Counted from the first letter of the stretch, positions 10,884 through 21,452 are shown. The stretch: DNA of 64,000 nucleotides from a virus (IMGVR_UViG_3300020411_000980:38353-102352); one strand, 5' to 3'. The notes: generated by a model not told the origin, from the sequence alone. Made by a program: numbers and translations.

Positions 10884-12209
10884 TTACCAGAGTCCTACGA
10901 AGTGATTTTGAAGTCTTAGTCTGCCACCAAAGTCAGGAGCAGAAATTGGTCCACCAAAGCTAACACCTAGTGTTCCAACGTTTTCAGTAGATAACAGAGT
11001 AGCGTCTGCATCTGGGAACTTAATTGATCTCGTTCCTGTTATATTATCTATGACCAATCTAACTTGGTTTTGGTCATTAGTAGCATCAATAAGGACAAAA
11101 TCTTTTGCAGATTTTGCTTCAAGTACCTGAGTTGCTTTTGTAGTTACAACTATATTATTATCCGCAATAGGAACATTAAGGTTCGCACTTGGGAATTCAT
11201 AACGAAGTATTGTAGCACCAGACTGATTACTTAAATCAAACTGAATACGCTTACTAATATCAGTACCATCAGCGAACCGAGGATCAGCGTAATCTTTGTT
11301 AGTAAATGTCTGTGTAGCTCCAGTACCTGCAACTGTTAATGATTGATCAGGCCAAGTAACTATACGATCAGACGTTACGTCAGGTGAAACAAATGTAACC
11401 TGTGGTGTTGGGTTATTAGGATCACCAGACTCAATATTAGATATCGAAGGATTGATAAGGTTTTTATTACTAATATTTTGTTCAGTAATAGTATCAATCA
11501 GTGTTGACTGTGATGCTGAAGTACCATAATCAGGAAGTCTGTAAATGTGGGTTACAGGTGCTTCCCACGAGTCAGTTTCAAACAATGCTATCTTACCAGC
11601 ATTAGATGAACCAACAATCTGTAGGTTACCATCCTGAATGATGATAGTCTTATTACTAATAGTCTGTGCGGTATCGTTACCTAACAGAGTTGTAGATGTA
11701 AAACTACCTGTACTTGGTAAAGCGAACGATCTAATTCCAGCTCCAGTTGATACACCAGAGATTTCAAACTTTGCTTTCTTATCAGGGTTCTGATCGTCAG
11801 CAAGGAAGAAGTTTGTATCCTGGAATTCTGCAGGACCATTTACAAGGAACTTACCAGAACCCTGTGGTCTCATATCAATGTTTACATTGGATGACGTTGT
11901 GTCACCTGCAATGAATCTAATCGTAGCAGAACCATCAGCATTATCTTGCTTCTTATAGTACATACTTGATGTACCGAAAGCAAGACCTAGCTCGTTATAT
12001 GCGTCTTGATAGAGTCCTGTGTCCCTATCCAAGTCAAAGCATAATCCTGGCTGTGATTGACTTCCTGCACCAACTCCTTTAAAGATCTGATTAATCTTTG
12101 CCTTACGGTTAGGAATCAGTGGATCGGAAATAACAACAGGAAGAACTGCTTCTCCTGTTAACACACCATCTGCTAGAGTGTCTAATTGTGAAATTCTTTT
12201 GGTTCCCAC
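10884..12209 (-). CDS. Virion structural/fibre protein
   Basis: KRISQL start, FDLDRDTGLY, repeated QTxxNK motifs; TATAAATA near 12238-12245. Confidence 0.65.
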   Translation of the reverse strand: MGTKRISQLDTLADGVLTGEAVLPVVISDPLIPNRKAKINQIFKGVGAGSQSQPGLCFDLDRDTGLYQDAYNELGLAFGTSSMYYKKQDNADGSATIRFIAGDTTSSNVNIDMRPQGSGKFLVNGPAEFQDTNFFLADDQNPDKKAKFEISGVSTGAGIRSFALPSTGSFTSTTLLGNDTAQTISNKTIIIQDGNLQIVGSSNAGKIALFETDSWEAPVTHIYRLPDYGTSASQSTLIDTITEQNISNKNLINPSISNIESGDPNNPTPQVTFVSPDVTSDRIVTWPDQSLTVAGTGATQTFTNKDYADPRFADGTDISKRIQFDLSNQSGATILRYEFPSANLNVPIADNNIVVTTKATQVLEAKSAKDFVLIDATNDQNQVRLVIDNITGTRSIKFPDADATLLSTENVGTLGVSFGGPISAPDFGGRLRLQNHFVGLW

Positions 12210-12263
12210 TAACTCTATTCGCTATTACGTACAGTTTTATTTATAACTCTATCAAAGGCGGGT

Positions 12264-12518
12264 TTAATAAGGAACCTCACCTTCACACTGAGCTGACATC
12301 TCAAACAATATTGGATGACATTCTTCCATAATTAAATATTGTGATATGTGATAGAGATCCTCCATTGTATATTTGGTTTTCTCTTCACATTCTTCAATTA
12401 ATTCAAACGAGGGATTGTCAATTTCATCAAAAGTAAATGGCATACCCATAATAAAGTACATCAATACAATACCGTGGTTATGCAGCATTCTTTCGTCTGA
12501 GGTTATCTTGTATCGCAT
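12264..12518 (-). CDS. Hypothetical protein
   Basis: 84-aa ORF in operon. Confidence 0.55.
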   Translation of the reverse strand: MRYKITSDERMLHNHGIVLMYFIMGMPFTFDEIDNPSFELIEECEEKTKYTMEDLYHISQYLIMEECHPILFEMSAQCEGEVPY

Positions 12519-12943
12519 TGTTCAAATACAAACGGTCCTTTGTTAGATCCCCAAAGTAAATTTCCATCCTTATCCCAACCTCTATCATCAGTAGCAAAAA
12601 CTCCTGACTTATCAAGAGTTGCTTTAGTCTTAACAGTATAACCTTTAGGATGCTTCCAATCTGGATCAGTCTTTCCTACCCATCCATTATTATTTGCAGT
12701 CCATATAGTATCTGCTGCATCATTCGTCTCTAATATAATAGTATTATCACGTTCGTAGACTTTGTGTTCTCTCTGTCTATAAGGTTCGTGGGGATTGTAA
12801 TCATACCACTGTTTAGTTTTTAGAACACCGTCATCGTAATACCATTCATAATGCACATATGCAAATGATGTTGGACTAGATTGAGCTTGTCTAAGATTGT
12901 GCCAGTGTCTAACTAGCACGTCAAGAAATTCATCGATCTGCAT
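12503..12943 (-). CDS. cpeT: CpeT/CpcT-like T-type bilin lyase (copy 1)
   Basis: HWHNLRQAQSSP, PYRQR, DRGWD...WGS..GPFVF. Confidence 0.8.
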   Translation of the reverse strand: MQIDEFLDVLVRHWHNLRQAQSSPTSFAYVHYEWYYDDGVLKTKQWYDYNPHEPYRQREHKVYERDNTIILETNDAADTIWTANNNGWVGKTDPDWKHPKGYTVKTKATLDKSGVFATDDRGWDKDGNLLWGSNKGPFVFEQCDTR

Positions 12944-13383
12944 TATGTATGTTTAAAAACGAAAGGACCAGGAATTTTACCCCATAATACATTACCATCT
13001 TTATCTGTACCTTTATCAAATGATGTGTAGGTAGCAGAATCTAATGTGATAATAGTTTCTATAAGTATACCATTTTCATTGTATGTGTTAGGTGGCACCT
13101 TCCCAATAAAACCGTGACCTGTCTCATCTAATTTAAAGATGAGGTGCAGGCCACTTTCGTTGATATTTAATTTTATATGATCATCCTGGATATCCAGTCG
13201 ATGAGTTCTCTCACGATATACATAACCATTCCAATCATACCATTGTCTACTATGTAAATGAGCACCTTCTACCCACCAATCATAATGCACGTGTGCAAAT
13301 TGATTAGGCCACTGCTGTGCTTGTTGTAGGTTATCCCACTTATGACACAGGTATTCTAGGAATCTAGCACTAGAGATTGCCAC
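12943..13383 (-). CDS. cpeT: CpeT/CpcT-like T-type bilin lyase (copy 2)
   Basis: WDNLQQAQQWP, YRER, DKG...WGK..GPFVF. Confidence 0.75.
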   Translation of the reverse strand: MAISSARFLEYLCHKWDNLQQAQQWPNQFAHVHYDWWVEGAHLHSRQWYDWNGYVYRERTHRLDIQDDHIKLNINESGLHLIFKLDETGHGFIGKVPPNTYNENGILIETIITLDSATYTSFDKGTDKDGNVLWGKIPGPFVFKHT

Positions 13384-13660
13384 GAGATCTAATTTCCTTA
13401 ACTGCTTCCATAGTCTCTTGTTGAGCGAAACTCGCTACATCTGATTGACTTGGAAGTCCACCAACTCCTGGCATTGGTGGTGGTCCTTGATGATATCCTT
13501 CTAGTTCTTTATCTGCAAAATTTTGTGTAACAGAATTAGCAACAGGTGAAATAATCACGTTACCTTCAGGACACTCTACTACAAATGGTGTCCCTCTTGA
13601 TGCTAATTTCAAAGTGAAACCAATGTTTTCAATGGCTTCTTCATAAGTTAATCGATTCAT
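13370..13660 (-). CDS. Hypothetical protein
   Basis: 96-aa ORF overlapping its neighbours. Confidence 0.55.
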   Translation of the reverse strand: MNRLTYEEAIENIGFTLKLASRGTPFVVECPEGNVIISPVANSVTQNFADKELEGYHQGPPPMPGVGGLPSQSDVASFAQQETMEAVKEIRSRGNL

Positions 13661-13905
13661 TTGTTAACAAAACAACGTTGGTCTTCAGGTACAGTCTCGC
13701 AAATAGTTGCAATGACTTCTTGAAATCCTTCAGCACCTTCCTCATTCCACTTGAACCTTATCTTTTCAATATTTCCATCAGATGACTGAAGGGAAACAGA
13801 GCGTTGTGGAACATTAATCCACACATAATCTAACCAAAGTTCTTGCGTGTCCATAAGAAGATCGAAGTACTCAAAGAGTATATAGTTGATTTCTTCGGAG
13901 TCCAT
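13657..13905 (-). CDS. Hypothetical protein
   Basis: Start trimmed to the ATG overlapping the upstream stop (TAATG). Confidence 0.5.
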   Translation of the reverse strand: MDSEEINYILFEYFDLLMDTQELWLDYVWINVPQRSVSLQSSDGNIEKIRFKWNEEGAEGFQEVIATICETVPEDQRCFVNK

Positions 13906-14057
13906 TAGGAGGGGAATGCAGTAAAGTGCTTTAAACCAGTACGTGCTTCTGCACGTATAATAGCTTCTTGCATAGTTAAGCAATCTGTAACAATTTCAAC
14001 AAGTGGAACTGAAGACTGGGGTCTTCTAAGTTTGACTGTGTACTGTCTTCTGCTCAT
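13905..14057 (-). CDS. Small hypothetical protein (50 aa)
   Basis: MSRRQYTVKL... with GAGG SD, directly downstream of the ncRNA. Confidence 0.5.
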   Translation of the reverse strand: MSRRQYTVKLRRPQSSVPLVEIVTDCLTMQEAIIRAEARTGLKHFTAFPS

Positions 14058-14081
14058 AATAGCCTCGTGAAAAAAGAAGGA

Positions 14082-14247
14082 GGGAGGTTGGATTCCTGTA
14101 TACCAACAAGAGATGGGCATTTCTACAGTTTAGAAATCATCTCTGCCTACGACCCGACTGGTAAGTCGATTCTCCTCTCGGAGCAGCACCACCTGTGTCG
14201 TATCACCTTAACCAGCTATATGCCAGTAAGTTTATTCAGTCACTCCC
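14082..14247 (-). ncRNA. manA-like structured RNA
   Basis: Closing helix GGGAG/CUCCC; internal stems UACGAC/GUCGUA, AGAGAUG/CAUCUCU, UUUCUA/UAGAAA, GUUGG/CCAAC; resembles my recollection of the cyanophage manA motif; TATAAT upstream near 14272-14277. Confidence 0.7.
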
Positions 14248-14279
14248 AATGTGCTGATCAGGCACAAATATATTATATA

Positions 14280-16700
14280 CTAATTCAGCAAAACTGGCAA
14301 GCCATAGAATTGAGCAGGTCCACCACCACATCCTGCAGCGAATACACCTGTGTTTACGTTATATACTGCGACACCGTTTTCAACCTGATTCATTATCGCA
14401 CCACCCTTGGCAGTATTGAATTCTCCGATACCACCTGCCTTTGTGTTTACAAGAGTTAAGCGACCACCCATCTTACCGTTAACCACATCAATGATTCCAC
14501 CAGGAACGTCACATTCACAAATGTTAATCTGTGCTGCTGGCATCATAATCGGAGCAGCACCAGTACCATTGATTGAAATGGTTGGTCCTTTAACAAGGTT
14601 AACCACACCTGTGATAGCAGGGATGGGGTTCATCATACCAACATTCTTAAAGTGAACGTTGTTAATAAATTCTGTCTTCCAAGCACACTCATTAATGATC
14701 TCACCAGATATGGAGTTCATTAGTGAAGATGCTTTGTTAGAAATTGTAGAAGCGTTACAAGAGAACTCATTAAGGGCATTAAACGTGATATTAGGAGCCT
14801 GTATTTTGTAATCTCCTTCATAACTCACATCGTAGTCAGATGCATAAGTTGTTGCTGCTTTAGATTGCTTTGTACCATCCTTACCAACACCCTGTGACAC
14901 GTTTAGGTTGTGTGTTCCACCAACTTCTATGTTGAAATCACCCATAACCTTAAGAGTATAGTCACCCTCAATAGTTAAAGTCTTATTTCCTTTAACATTG
15001 GTACATTCATCACGTCCAACAATCTTTGTATCATTACCTGGTTGGTTCCTGTGTTGATTACCATCAGCAGTAGCAATAGTAGTCTGACCACCACTATGCT
15101 TAACAATGGTCTTTTCTTTACCAGGTGTATTGTCCTGAATAATAGAAGAACCGTTAAGGAATGTTTGGGCTTGAACCTTGTAAGGGTTAATGCCTTCCAT
15201 TAATTGTGAGAAATAATCTCCTTTAGTGGTGTAATTACCTTCACCAGCTAAATCACTTGCTCCTCCTATCTCAATTTCTTGCTGCAAGAATTCTGGTACG
15301 GTTTCACACGTACTCGTACCTAACAGTGGCAGCCAGAACTTTTGTTTAGGTGCTTTATGACCCCTTCCACAGTCCTTGTTACCGAACAACATTTTCAATA
15401 GTCCGATGATGATGCTGATCAAGGAAGACCAGTTCATCTTTGAGAAGTCGAAAGAGAATAATGACTTAAGTTTGGATACCATACTCAAACCACCTTTTGC
15501 AACGTTAATTGCAGCCATTACCTTCTGACCCATAGCAGCAACCTTACCTACTGCTCCTTGTACCTTTGAAAGTACACCGTTAACTGTGTCATTTACCTTA
15601 GTGGCAAGACCACCGACAACTTTGTCAACTACATTACCTGCGATATCATTAGCAAAACTGGTGATATCTCCTAGAGCACCACTAATCGCTCCTAAAATAT
15701 AATTTGCTTCGAAGTTGCAAAATAAACTTGTAATGAATGTAGCGAGTTTCATTAACTGAGTTATTATGCCAAGTGGTATCACATTTGTTAACGCACCGAG
15801 TAGGCTACTAACCATACTCTCTATTCCTTGTGCTAGTACGTTCTTCAATGAGCTCATAATACCACTAATTGCATTAGACACTGATGTCTTAATGCCATCA
15901 AGAGAAGTTTGGATCTGTTTGTTACTAATCTTTCCTCCACTAATGATAGAGATTAAATCTCCACCACTTCCTCTTGCTATGGAACCTGACAACTGACCGA
16001 ATTCGTTAAGCATTCTCTTAAGATCTTGCTCGAATCCTATACCTGCTGGTCCGCTGAGTCCATCCCCGACTGCAAACGCATCTGCAGGGATTTTTATTGG
16101 GTTCGTATAAACGTTACCTGGTGCTCGAACTTCTGCTATTGAAATGACACCACGGGACTTTTCTTCTCCTCCGTGCTCATCTCCTGCTTGTTCTCCACCA
16201 ACAACATTAAAGGGTGATCCTCCGTGAACTACCTCACCTTGTAAAGACTTAGCCTGAGGTGGCATCTCTTCTTCTGGTAAAGCCTTCTTAGGATCAGCAA
16301 CAACTGTAGCTCCTGTCTCTGCTTCTGTACTTGCTGCTCCATCTTTACTGTTGTTCTTGAAACCACGAAGTGATCCCATAACAACTGGTAGTTGTGCTTC
16401 CTCTCCATCAAGGAAGAACCCTAATACCTGAGCACCGACCTGAAGTTCACACTTCGTCCCAGAGTTTTTTATACCTGCCTGATCAGTAGGCAGCATAGTA
16501 ACCGCCCAAGGTAAATCCTCAGTCGGCATATCTTTAGTATAGGCAACATTACCAGCACCAGTATACCAACCTATAATACGTACCTTAGTACGTCCTAGAT
16601 TCTGAGGATCCTCGATGTCTTCGACTTCACCGACCCACCAAGTGAATCCGTCACGTCCCATTACATCTGATTTTCCTATAGCGTCAAGTGTTGCTGGCAT
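14280..16700 (-). CDS. gp5: Baseplate hub/puncturing protein gp5
   Basis: WWVGEVEDIEDPQNLGRTKVRI...LPWA...VLGFFLDGEEAQLPVVMG OB-fold; C-terminal VxG beta-helix repeats. Confidence 0.9.
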   Translation of the reverse strand: MPATLDAIGKSDVMGRDGFTWWVGEVEDIEDPQNLGRTKVRIIGWYTGAGNVAYTKDMPTEDLPWAVTMLPTDQAGIKNSGTKCELQVGAQVLGFFLDGEEAQLPVVMGSLRGFKNNSKDGAASTEAETGATVVADPKKALPEEEMPPQAKSLQGEVVHGGSPFNVVGGEQAGDEHGGEEKSRGVISIAEVRAPGNVYTNPIKIPADAFAVGDGLSGPAGIGFEQDLKRMLNEFGQLSGSIARGSGGDLISIISGGKISNKQIQTSLDGIKTSVSNAISGIMSSLKNVLAQGIESMVSSLLGALTNVIPLGIITQLMKLATFITSLFCNFEANYILGAISGALGDITSFANDIAGNVVDKVVGGLATKVNDTVNGVLSKVQGAVGKVAAMGQKVMAAINVAKGGLSMVSKLKSLFSFDFSKMNWSSLISIIIGLLKMLFGNKDCGRGHKAPKQKFWLPLLGTSTCETVPEFLQQEIEIGGASDLAGEGNYTTKGDYFSQLMEGINPYKVQAQTFLNGSSIIQDNTPGKEKTIVKHSGGQTTIATADGNQHRNQPGNDTKIVGRDECTNVKGNKTLTIEGDYTLKVMGDFNIEVGGTHNLNVSQGVGKDGTKQSKAATTYASDYDVSYEGDYKIQAPNITFNALNEFSCNASTISNKASSLMNSISGEIINECAWKTEFINNVHFKNVGMMNPIPAITGVVNLVKGPTISINGTGAAPIMMPAAQINICECDVPGGIIDVVNGKMGGRLTLVNTKAGGIGEFNTAKGGAIMNQVENGVAVYNVNTGVFAAGCGGGPAQFYGLPVLLN

Positions 16701-16703
16701 TGT

Positions 16704-17267
16704 TTAAGCGTATGATACCCATCCTGTTACTATATATTTATCTTCTTTAGGTGCAGGTATTCCGTGGTGTACGTGAGTCCAGTCTGCTGGCCAGATCATA
16801 GTCAGTCCTTTCTTAGGTTCTAACTCTAGATCTTGGTGTACAAAGTTAGTACCACCACCCTCTTCAATGTCATTAAGATAGGTCATCCAGACTAGATGTC
16901 TGAAGGAACTTGTCTTATTAGACCCTACACGTTCAGTATGAGGTTGAGAGAAACAAGCACCAGGAATATAATGCTGTATATTAAATGGTTCGATTACCTC
17001 TAAGTCTGCCATCGAAGCCCAAGGATACTGTTCGATGTATAGAGATATTCCACCTTGAACTGCATCAAGATATTTGACAATACGTGGATCCTTTAACCAC
17101 GATGGTACTGCCATATCTGTAGATTGTTTGATTATCTTATCAACTCCTTGACTTGTCTCACCTGGTACCTTTTCAAGATAGTCACAAGTGTTATAAAAAT
17201 CTAAAACCCCATCGCATATCTCAGGTTCAATAGTTCCACCTGCGATGAATGATTGTACAGCAGTCAT
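16704..17267 (-). CDS. 2OG-Fe(II) oxygenase
   Basis: HxE, MTYLNDIEEGGGT, IWPADWTHVHHG, KYIVTGW. Confidence 0.85.
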   Translation of the reverse strand: MTAVQSFIAGGTIEPEICDGVLDFYNTCDYLEKVPGETSQGVDKIIKQSTDMAVPSWLKDPRIVKYLDAVQGGISLYIEQYPWASMADLEVIEPFNIQHYIPGACFSQPHTERVGSNKTSSFRHLVWMTYLNDIEEGGGTNFVHQDLELEPKKGLTMIWPADWTHVHHGIPAPKEDKYIVTGWVSYA

Positions 17268-17270
17268 AAT

Positions 17271-17444
17271 TTAATTGTTCCAGTGACGAATTACCCCTGC
17301 TGTAATAAAGCAGTTAGTTATAAAATATGTAGCAAAGATGAGAGTCCTCATAATTGCTACAGTATTGTCGTATCGTTTAGTTGTCTCATCACTAAAAGAA
17401 CCCAGAGTATACTTCCAGATTCTCCATAATCTTTTAATCGTCAT
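17271..17444 (-). CDS. Small membrane protein (57 aa)
   Basis: Hand-translated MTIKRLWRIWKYTLGSFSD...TNCFITAGVIRHWNN; fills the gap exactly. Confidence 0.7.
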   Translation of the reverse strand: MTIKRLWRIWKYTLGSFSDETTKRYDNTVAIMRTLIFATYFITNCFITAGVIRHWNN

Positions 17445-17661
17445 ACACTAGGCATTCTGGCTCATCTGGATGTTGGTCGCAAAATAATTCGATAGCGTTA
17501 GGATCGTGATGATCTCCTGCTTCAATCTCTTTCTTATGATGCTCATAATAGTCTTCGAGATCGTGTAGCTCTTCTTTGTAGTGTCTGCGAGCTGCAGGAT
17601 TTGTTTGTGGATCATCAAGAATGTCCTTATCCTTTTGGATGTGTTGTTCTATGCTTTCCAT
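17434..17661 (-). CDS. cp12: CP12 Calvin-cycle inhibitor
   Basis: C-terminal ELFCDQHPDEPECLVYDD. Confidence 0.92.
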   Translation of the reverse strand: MESIEQHIQKDKDILDDPQTNPAARRHYKEELHDLEDYYEHHKKEIEAGDHHDPNAIELFCDQHPDEPECLVYDD

Positions 17662-17667
17662 AATAGT

Positions 17668-19377
17668 TTAAGTAGGAGTAGTAATACTGTCCTTAGATAG
17701 GTTCAATAAAGTTGTAACCCCTTCTGGATTATACTTGTGTGTTAACCCAGTAATCAGGTATCTACCTGAATAAACGGGATCTAAAACTGTGCGTTCTTCC
17801 TCCTTAGTTGAAGCAGGTATAACGCACTCTAGTTGTTGACCTACTGCTAATGCTACATTACCTGGTATAGTAATGTCAAGAGTAATTGCTTTAAGTAACT
17901 GCCAACGACTGAAACTGTATGCAGATGCCCATATTGTATCGAAGTCCATATTGCCAGCACCACCAGTAGAATCCTGTTGGTTCTGAGCGTTCTTCATACC
18001 AGGAAGAGCACGTATTTTAGTACGTGTTGGTCTCTTTTCATCAAAGTATATAGGTTTAACCTTTGGAAATGGGAACTGATCGTTCAATATACCACCTGCT
18101 TTGTTTGCCATTCCAAACACATTGTTCAGTCCCATATGTAGTGGTGGTTGTATAGAACCAGACGCTCCGTGTGCTTTTACTGTAGTGTTTGTTTTCAGTC
18201 CTTTTGTATCTGAAGAAGATACTAAACCTGCGTTTAGTTTACCCTGAACATACGTGGAAGAGGACGTAGTAGTTGTTGTGGTGTTCCCACTAGTAGTGGT
18301 AGTTGTTGTGGTTGCAGCTGCAGCTTCACTTCTTGCGTCTATTTCTTTTACTTCTGCTTCATATTCAGCATATCTTTTTTTATCATCATCATCCCAGTTA
18401 TCTTGATATTGCAGCATTGTTTCCATATAACCATCAAGTTCAACCAATCTCGAAGCATCTTTGACTGAAGCAGTATCTACAAGAGAAGAGTCACCATCAC
18501 CTGATGCAGGTAAATTGCCACTGGTTATTGCAGGTAACTTAAGTCCTAATACTGTATTACTATAGGTACCTGACCTCATCTTCTCCAAATGATTTGCTCT
18601 ATCTGGGAAGTTCATACTTTCAATCTTATAAGCATTAAAATCTGACTCACCGACGTTTGCCTGTTCATAGGTATACTTGGCTGGATTAGCAGCAGTAGGA
18701 TTTCTATCCGAACACAACCAATCTATAGTATGAAAATAATATCCATCTCTATTCTCAAAGAACAAGTAACCAGCAGTATTAGTTACTGAACTGACAATTT
18801 TATCTGAGATATATCCAATACAATCATATGGTCTCCAAGTCGGTGCTAAGAATCTGAAGTTCCCCTTCGAGGGTTCGTAGGAATAGTTCTTACCAGAGGA
18901 CTTCAATTTTTCTTTAACACACCAGTCAACGTGTGCTGATCCGATGTCATCCTTAAACGACTTGAAGACTTTATTGGTTTCATTATTGATAGTCTCAGGT
19001 GACACAGTATAAATGACGTAGAGTTGTGCACGTTCAGACTTAGTAATCTCACCAATTTTAAATATTCTCTGCATTATCTCTAGTTCTACACCAGGAGCAG
19101 AGTCAGTTTCTATTGTTATTTGAATAAATTCATTACCAGTCATACTACTGATAAGGTCAATAGTATCAAACATAGCAATCTCCATCCTAACCGATGGTGA
19201 ATCTATGGACTCAATATAATTAAATCCAGAACAAAGTTTCCTGAAATCAACAAGAGAATGTTCTCCAAGAGGTTCAATCTGGTCAACTTTTTGATCAGGA
19301 TTAGAGTCGTCCTTAGTTATAAGATTAAATTTTGTTATCTTATAACCTTTGGGTTGAATCGGTAGATTATCGGTCAT
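17668..19377 (-). CDS. Baseplate hub/tail protein
   Basis: YIESIDSP, YLFFENRDGYYF, SGRYLITGLTH motifs; sits between the tape-measure-like genes and gp5. Confidence 0.6.
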   Translation of the reverse strand: MTDNLPIQPKGYKITKFNLITKDDSNPDQKVDQIEPLGEHSLVDFRKLCSGFNYIESIDSPSVRMEIAMFDTIDLISSMTGNEFIQITIETDSAPGVELEIMQRIFKIGEITKSERAQLYVIYTVSPETINNETNKVFKSFKDDIGSAHVDWCVKEKLKSSGKNYSYEPSKGNFRFLAPTWRPYDCIGYISDKIVSSVTNTAGYLFFENRDGYYFHTIDWLCSDRNPTAANPAKYTYEQANVGESDFNAYKIESMNFPDRANHLEKMRSGTYSNTVLGLKLPAITSGNLPASGDGDSSLVDTASVKDASRLVELDGYMETMLQYQDNWDDDDKKRYAEYEAEVKEIDARSEAAAATTTTTTTSGNTTTTTTSSSTYVQGKLNAGLVSSSDTKGLKTNTTVKAHGASGSIQPPLHMGLNNVFGMANKAGGILNDQFPFPKVKPIYFDEKRPTRTKIRALPGMKNAQNQQDSTGGAGNMDFDTIWASAYSFSRWQLLKAITLDITIPGNVALAVGQQLECVIPASTKEEERTVLDPVYSGRYLITGLTHKYNPEGVTTLLNLSKDSITTPT

Positions 19378-21452
19378 AAGAAGTTACTTACTGGATTATT
19401 AGACTCAGCGTTTCTACCGAATCTACTTACTAAGAACTGTGCTGCAGGATTACGTTTAGCTTCTGTAACGATAGGTATCTCATCAACATCAGAAGGAACT
19501 TCAGTTGAAGGTAATGCAATTGCTTCTGCAATCATTGACTGCATTTGTTGTCCTAGATTACCCTGCTGTGTCTCAGCTGCAATAGACTTAACTTTACCAA
19601 GCATATCATTTAGATTCTGTCCAACATTATTCTTTTGAGCTTCAATCGCCTTTAACATTATTTTAGAATCAGACTCTGTTCCATCTAAGTCAAAGTGAAT
19701 ATTATTTGTTACTGGAGATTGTATCATTCCAGATTGTATCAACCTCCTCATAAATGCAGAATCAGACTCCTGTGCAATACCACCCATACTGAATTCAGGT
19801 AGCTCAAGTACTGGAGATGTAACAAGTTTATTAATATTAACCTTACCACCTTCAGAGAATCCAGGAGGAACCTTGTATCCAAATGCCTTTGCTTGAACTG
19901 CTTGTCTCTTAGTTAAACTAGGATCCTTACGAGTGTGTGGTGTATCAAAAGGTATAACAAATCCACCTGCTGATCTCTGTGCAACGTACTCTAGTCCGTG
20001 ACCAATGAAATCAACACCTTTACCAGTCAAACTAACAGGGTAACCAGACATCGGACCATCTATCCAACCACCTTTACTTTTCTTAGGTAGGAATCCACCC
20101 TTAGAGAAGTTCTCAAGTTGATTAATTTTCTCCAGTTGATCTTTCTGAGTAAAACCAGCACCTACCCCTTCTTTAGGACCATAGTGAACATAGGATTCAT
20201 CTCTTGGTGCATTGCCAATAGTTGTATATGTTTCATCAGTTGATCCCTCTTGTTCGATGTCTTTAGGTACCAGTTTAAGTAAACCTGTCAGACCTTTAAG
20301 TAATAGAATCAGAGGACCAAAGACAACTGTACCTAAGACCTTCATTATCTTTTCAATCATAGGCATATGTTCCTTAAGTTTATCAACTATCTTCTGCATT
20401 ACAGGACCAAGTGCTTCAAATACCTCTGATACTGCTTGTTTTAATGGTTCCATAAGTTTCTCGAACCATTCCATAATTACATCAAAGACCTCTTTAATTC
20501 CTTTAAAGAAGTCCTCAGCAATAGGACCAAGGAACTTACCAACGTTCTCACCTATAAATCCACCGAGAGCAGCACCAATAATACCACCAATAGGTCCTAA
20601 GAATTTCTCACCAATAGTACTACCAACCATTGATCCAGTAGTACTACCTACACCACCACCAATAGCAGCAGCATTTCTATCCTCTTCTGGGATTGTTTCA
20701 TCATTCTTAATTCTATTATAAGCTTCTAATCCTTGTCCAGTCGCCAATGCCATTCGACCAACGACAGTTCCACCTAGGAATTTACCTAGGTTCATAATAC
20801 CGCCACCGACCATCGAGAAGATGCCAGTAATACTGCTAATAAAACCTGCAGGATTTGCTAAGAATGCGAGTCCAGCTAAAGCACCACTTAAACCAGCGAT
20901 ACCTTGCAATCGCTCCATAATAGTCTTATCTTCACCAAACGTCTTGTCCCAATTCTCTGTAATCCAATTCTTTAGCTTAGTAAATGTAGATACAAGCATA
21001 TCCCAGAATTCTTTAATTTTTGTAAAAGTATCCTCTAATCGTTTTCTATTAGCAGGATCACTAATCCAATCAAGAGCCTTGTACATTATAAGACCCTTGA
21101 AGAACTTCATAAAATTCCCTAAGAATCCTAATCCTCCTCCAACCATCTTTGCTACTATATTATCATCACCACTACCTTTTTCATCTCCTTCTAACTTCTT
21201 CTCTCTAGCACTATCAGATGCTAATGCAGCAGCTCTCTTTGCTCTTGCTGCTTGTGCCTTATTCTGATTCTTAACTTCTTTTATTGCTACAGCAATACTA
21301 TTAACTGTAGCACCTAGGGAATTGATAGCAGTTATAGTTGTAGAAAAACTGGTACCTGCTATCGTTTTATTTCCAATAGAAACTTTGGAACTCTTCCCTG
21401 TCTTATCGGGTGGAGTTACGTACTTAAAAAATCGTATCTTTGCTTCTGCCAT
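19374..21452 (-). CDS. Tape-measure-like/baseplate hub protein
   Basis: Amphipathic helical repeats, GA-rich GGIIGAALGG segment, F(S/A)xGG repeats. Confidence 0.55.
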   Translation of the reverse strand: MAEAKIRFFKYVTPPDKTGKSSKVSIGNKTIAGTSFSTTITAINSLGATVNSIAVAIKEVKNQNKAQAARAKRAAALASDSAREKKLEGDEKGSGDDNIVAKMVGGGLGFLGNFMKFFKGLIMYKALDWISDPANRKRLEDTFTKIKEFWDMLVSTFTKLKNWITENWDKTFGEDKTIMERLQGIAGLSGALAGLAFLANPAGFISSITGIFSMVGGGIMNLGKFLGGTVVGRMALATGQGLEAYNRIKNDETIPEEDRNAAAIGGGVGSTTGSMVGSTIGEKFLGPIGGIIGAALGGFIGENVGKFLGPIAEDFFKGIKEVFDVIMEWFEKLMEPLKQAVSEVFEALGPVMQKIVDKLKEHMPMIEKIMKVLGTVVFGPLILLLKGLTGLLKLVPKDIEQEGSTDETYTTIGNAPRDESYVHYGPKEGVGAGFTQKDQLEKINQLENFSKGGFLPKKSKGGWIDGPMSGYPVSLTGKGVDFIGHGLEYVAQRSAGGFVIPFDTPHTRKDPSLTKRQAVQAKAFGYKVPPGFSEGGKVNINKLVTSPVLELPEFSMGGIAQESDSAFMRRLIQSGMIQSPVTNNIHFDLDGTESDSKIMLKAIEAQKNNVGQNLNDMLGKVKSIAAETQQGNLGQQMQSMIAEAIALPSTEVPSDVDEIPIVTEAKRNPAAQFLVSRFGRNAESNNPVSNFL

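Noticed and set aside
14067-14459. 130-aa plus-strand ORF
   Set aside because: Overlaps the structured RNA and the gp5 3' end in antisense; no coding features
18262-18325. Thr-codon runs here and at about 28080-28160 as DNA repeat arrays
   Set aside because: Varied codons encoding low-complexity linkers; not CRISPR or tandem repeats
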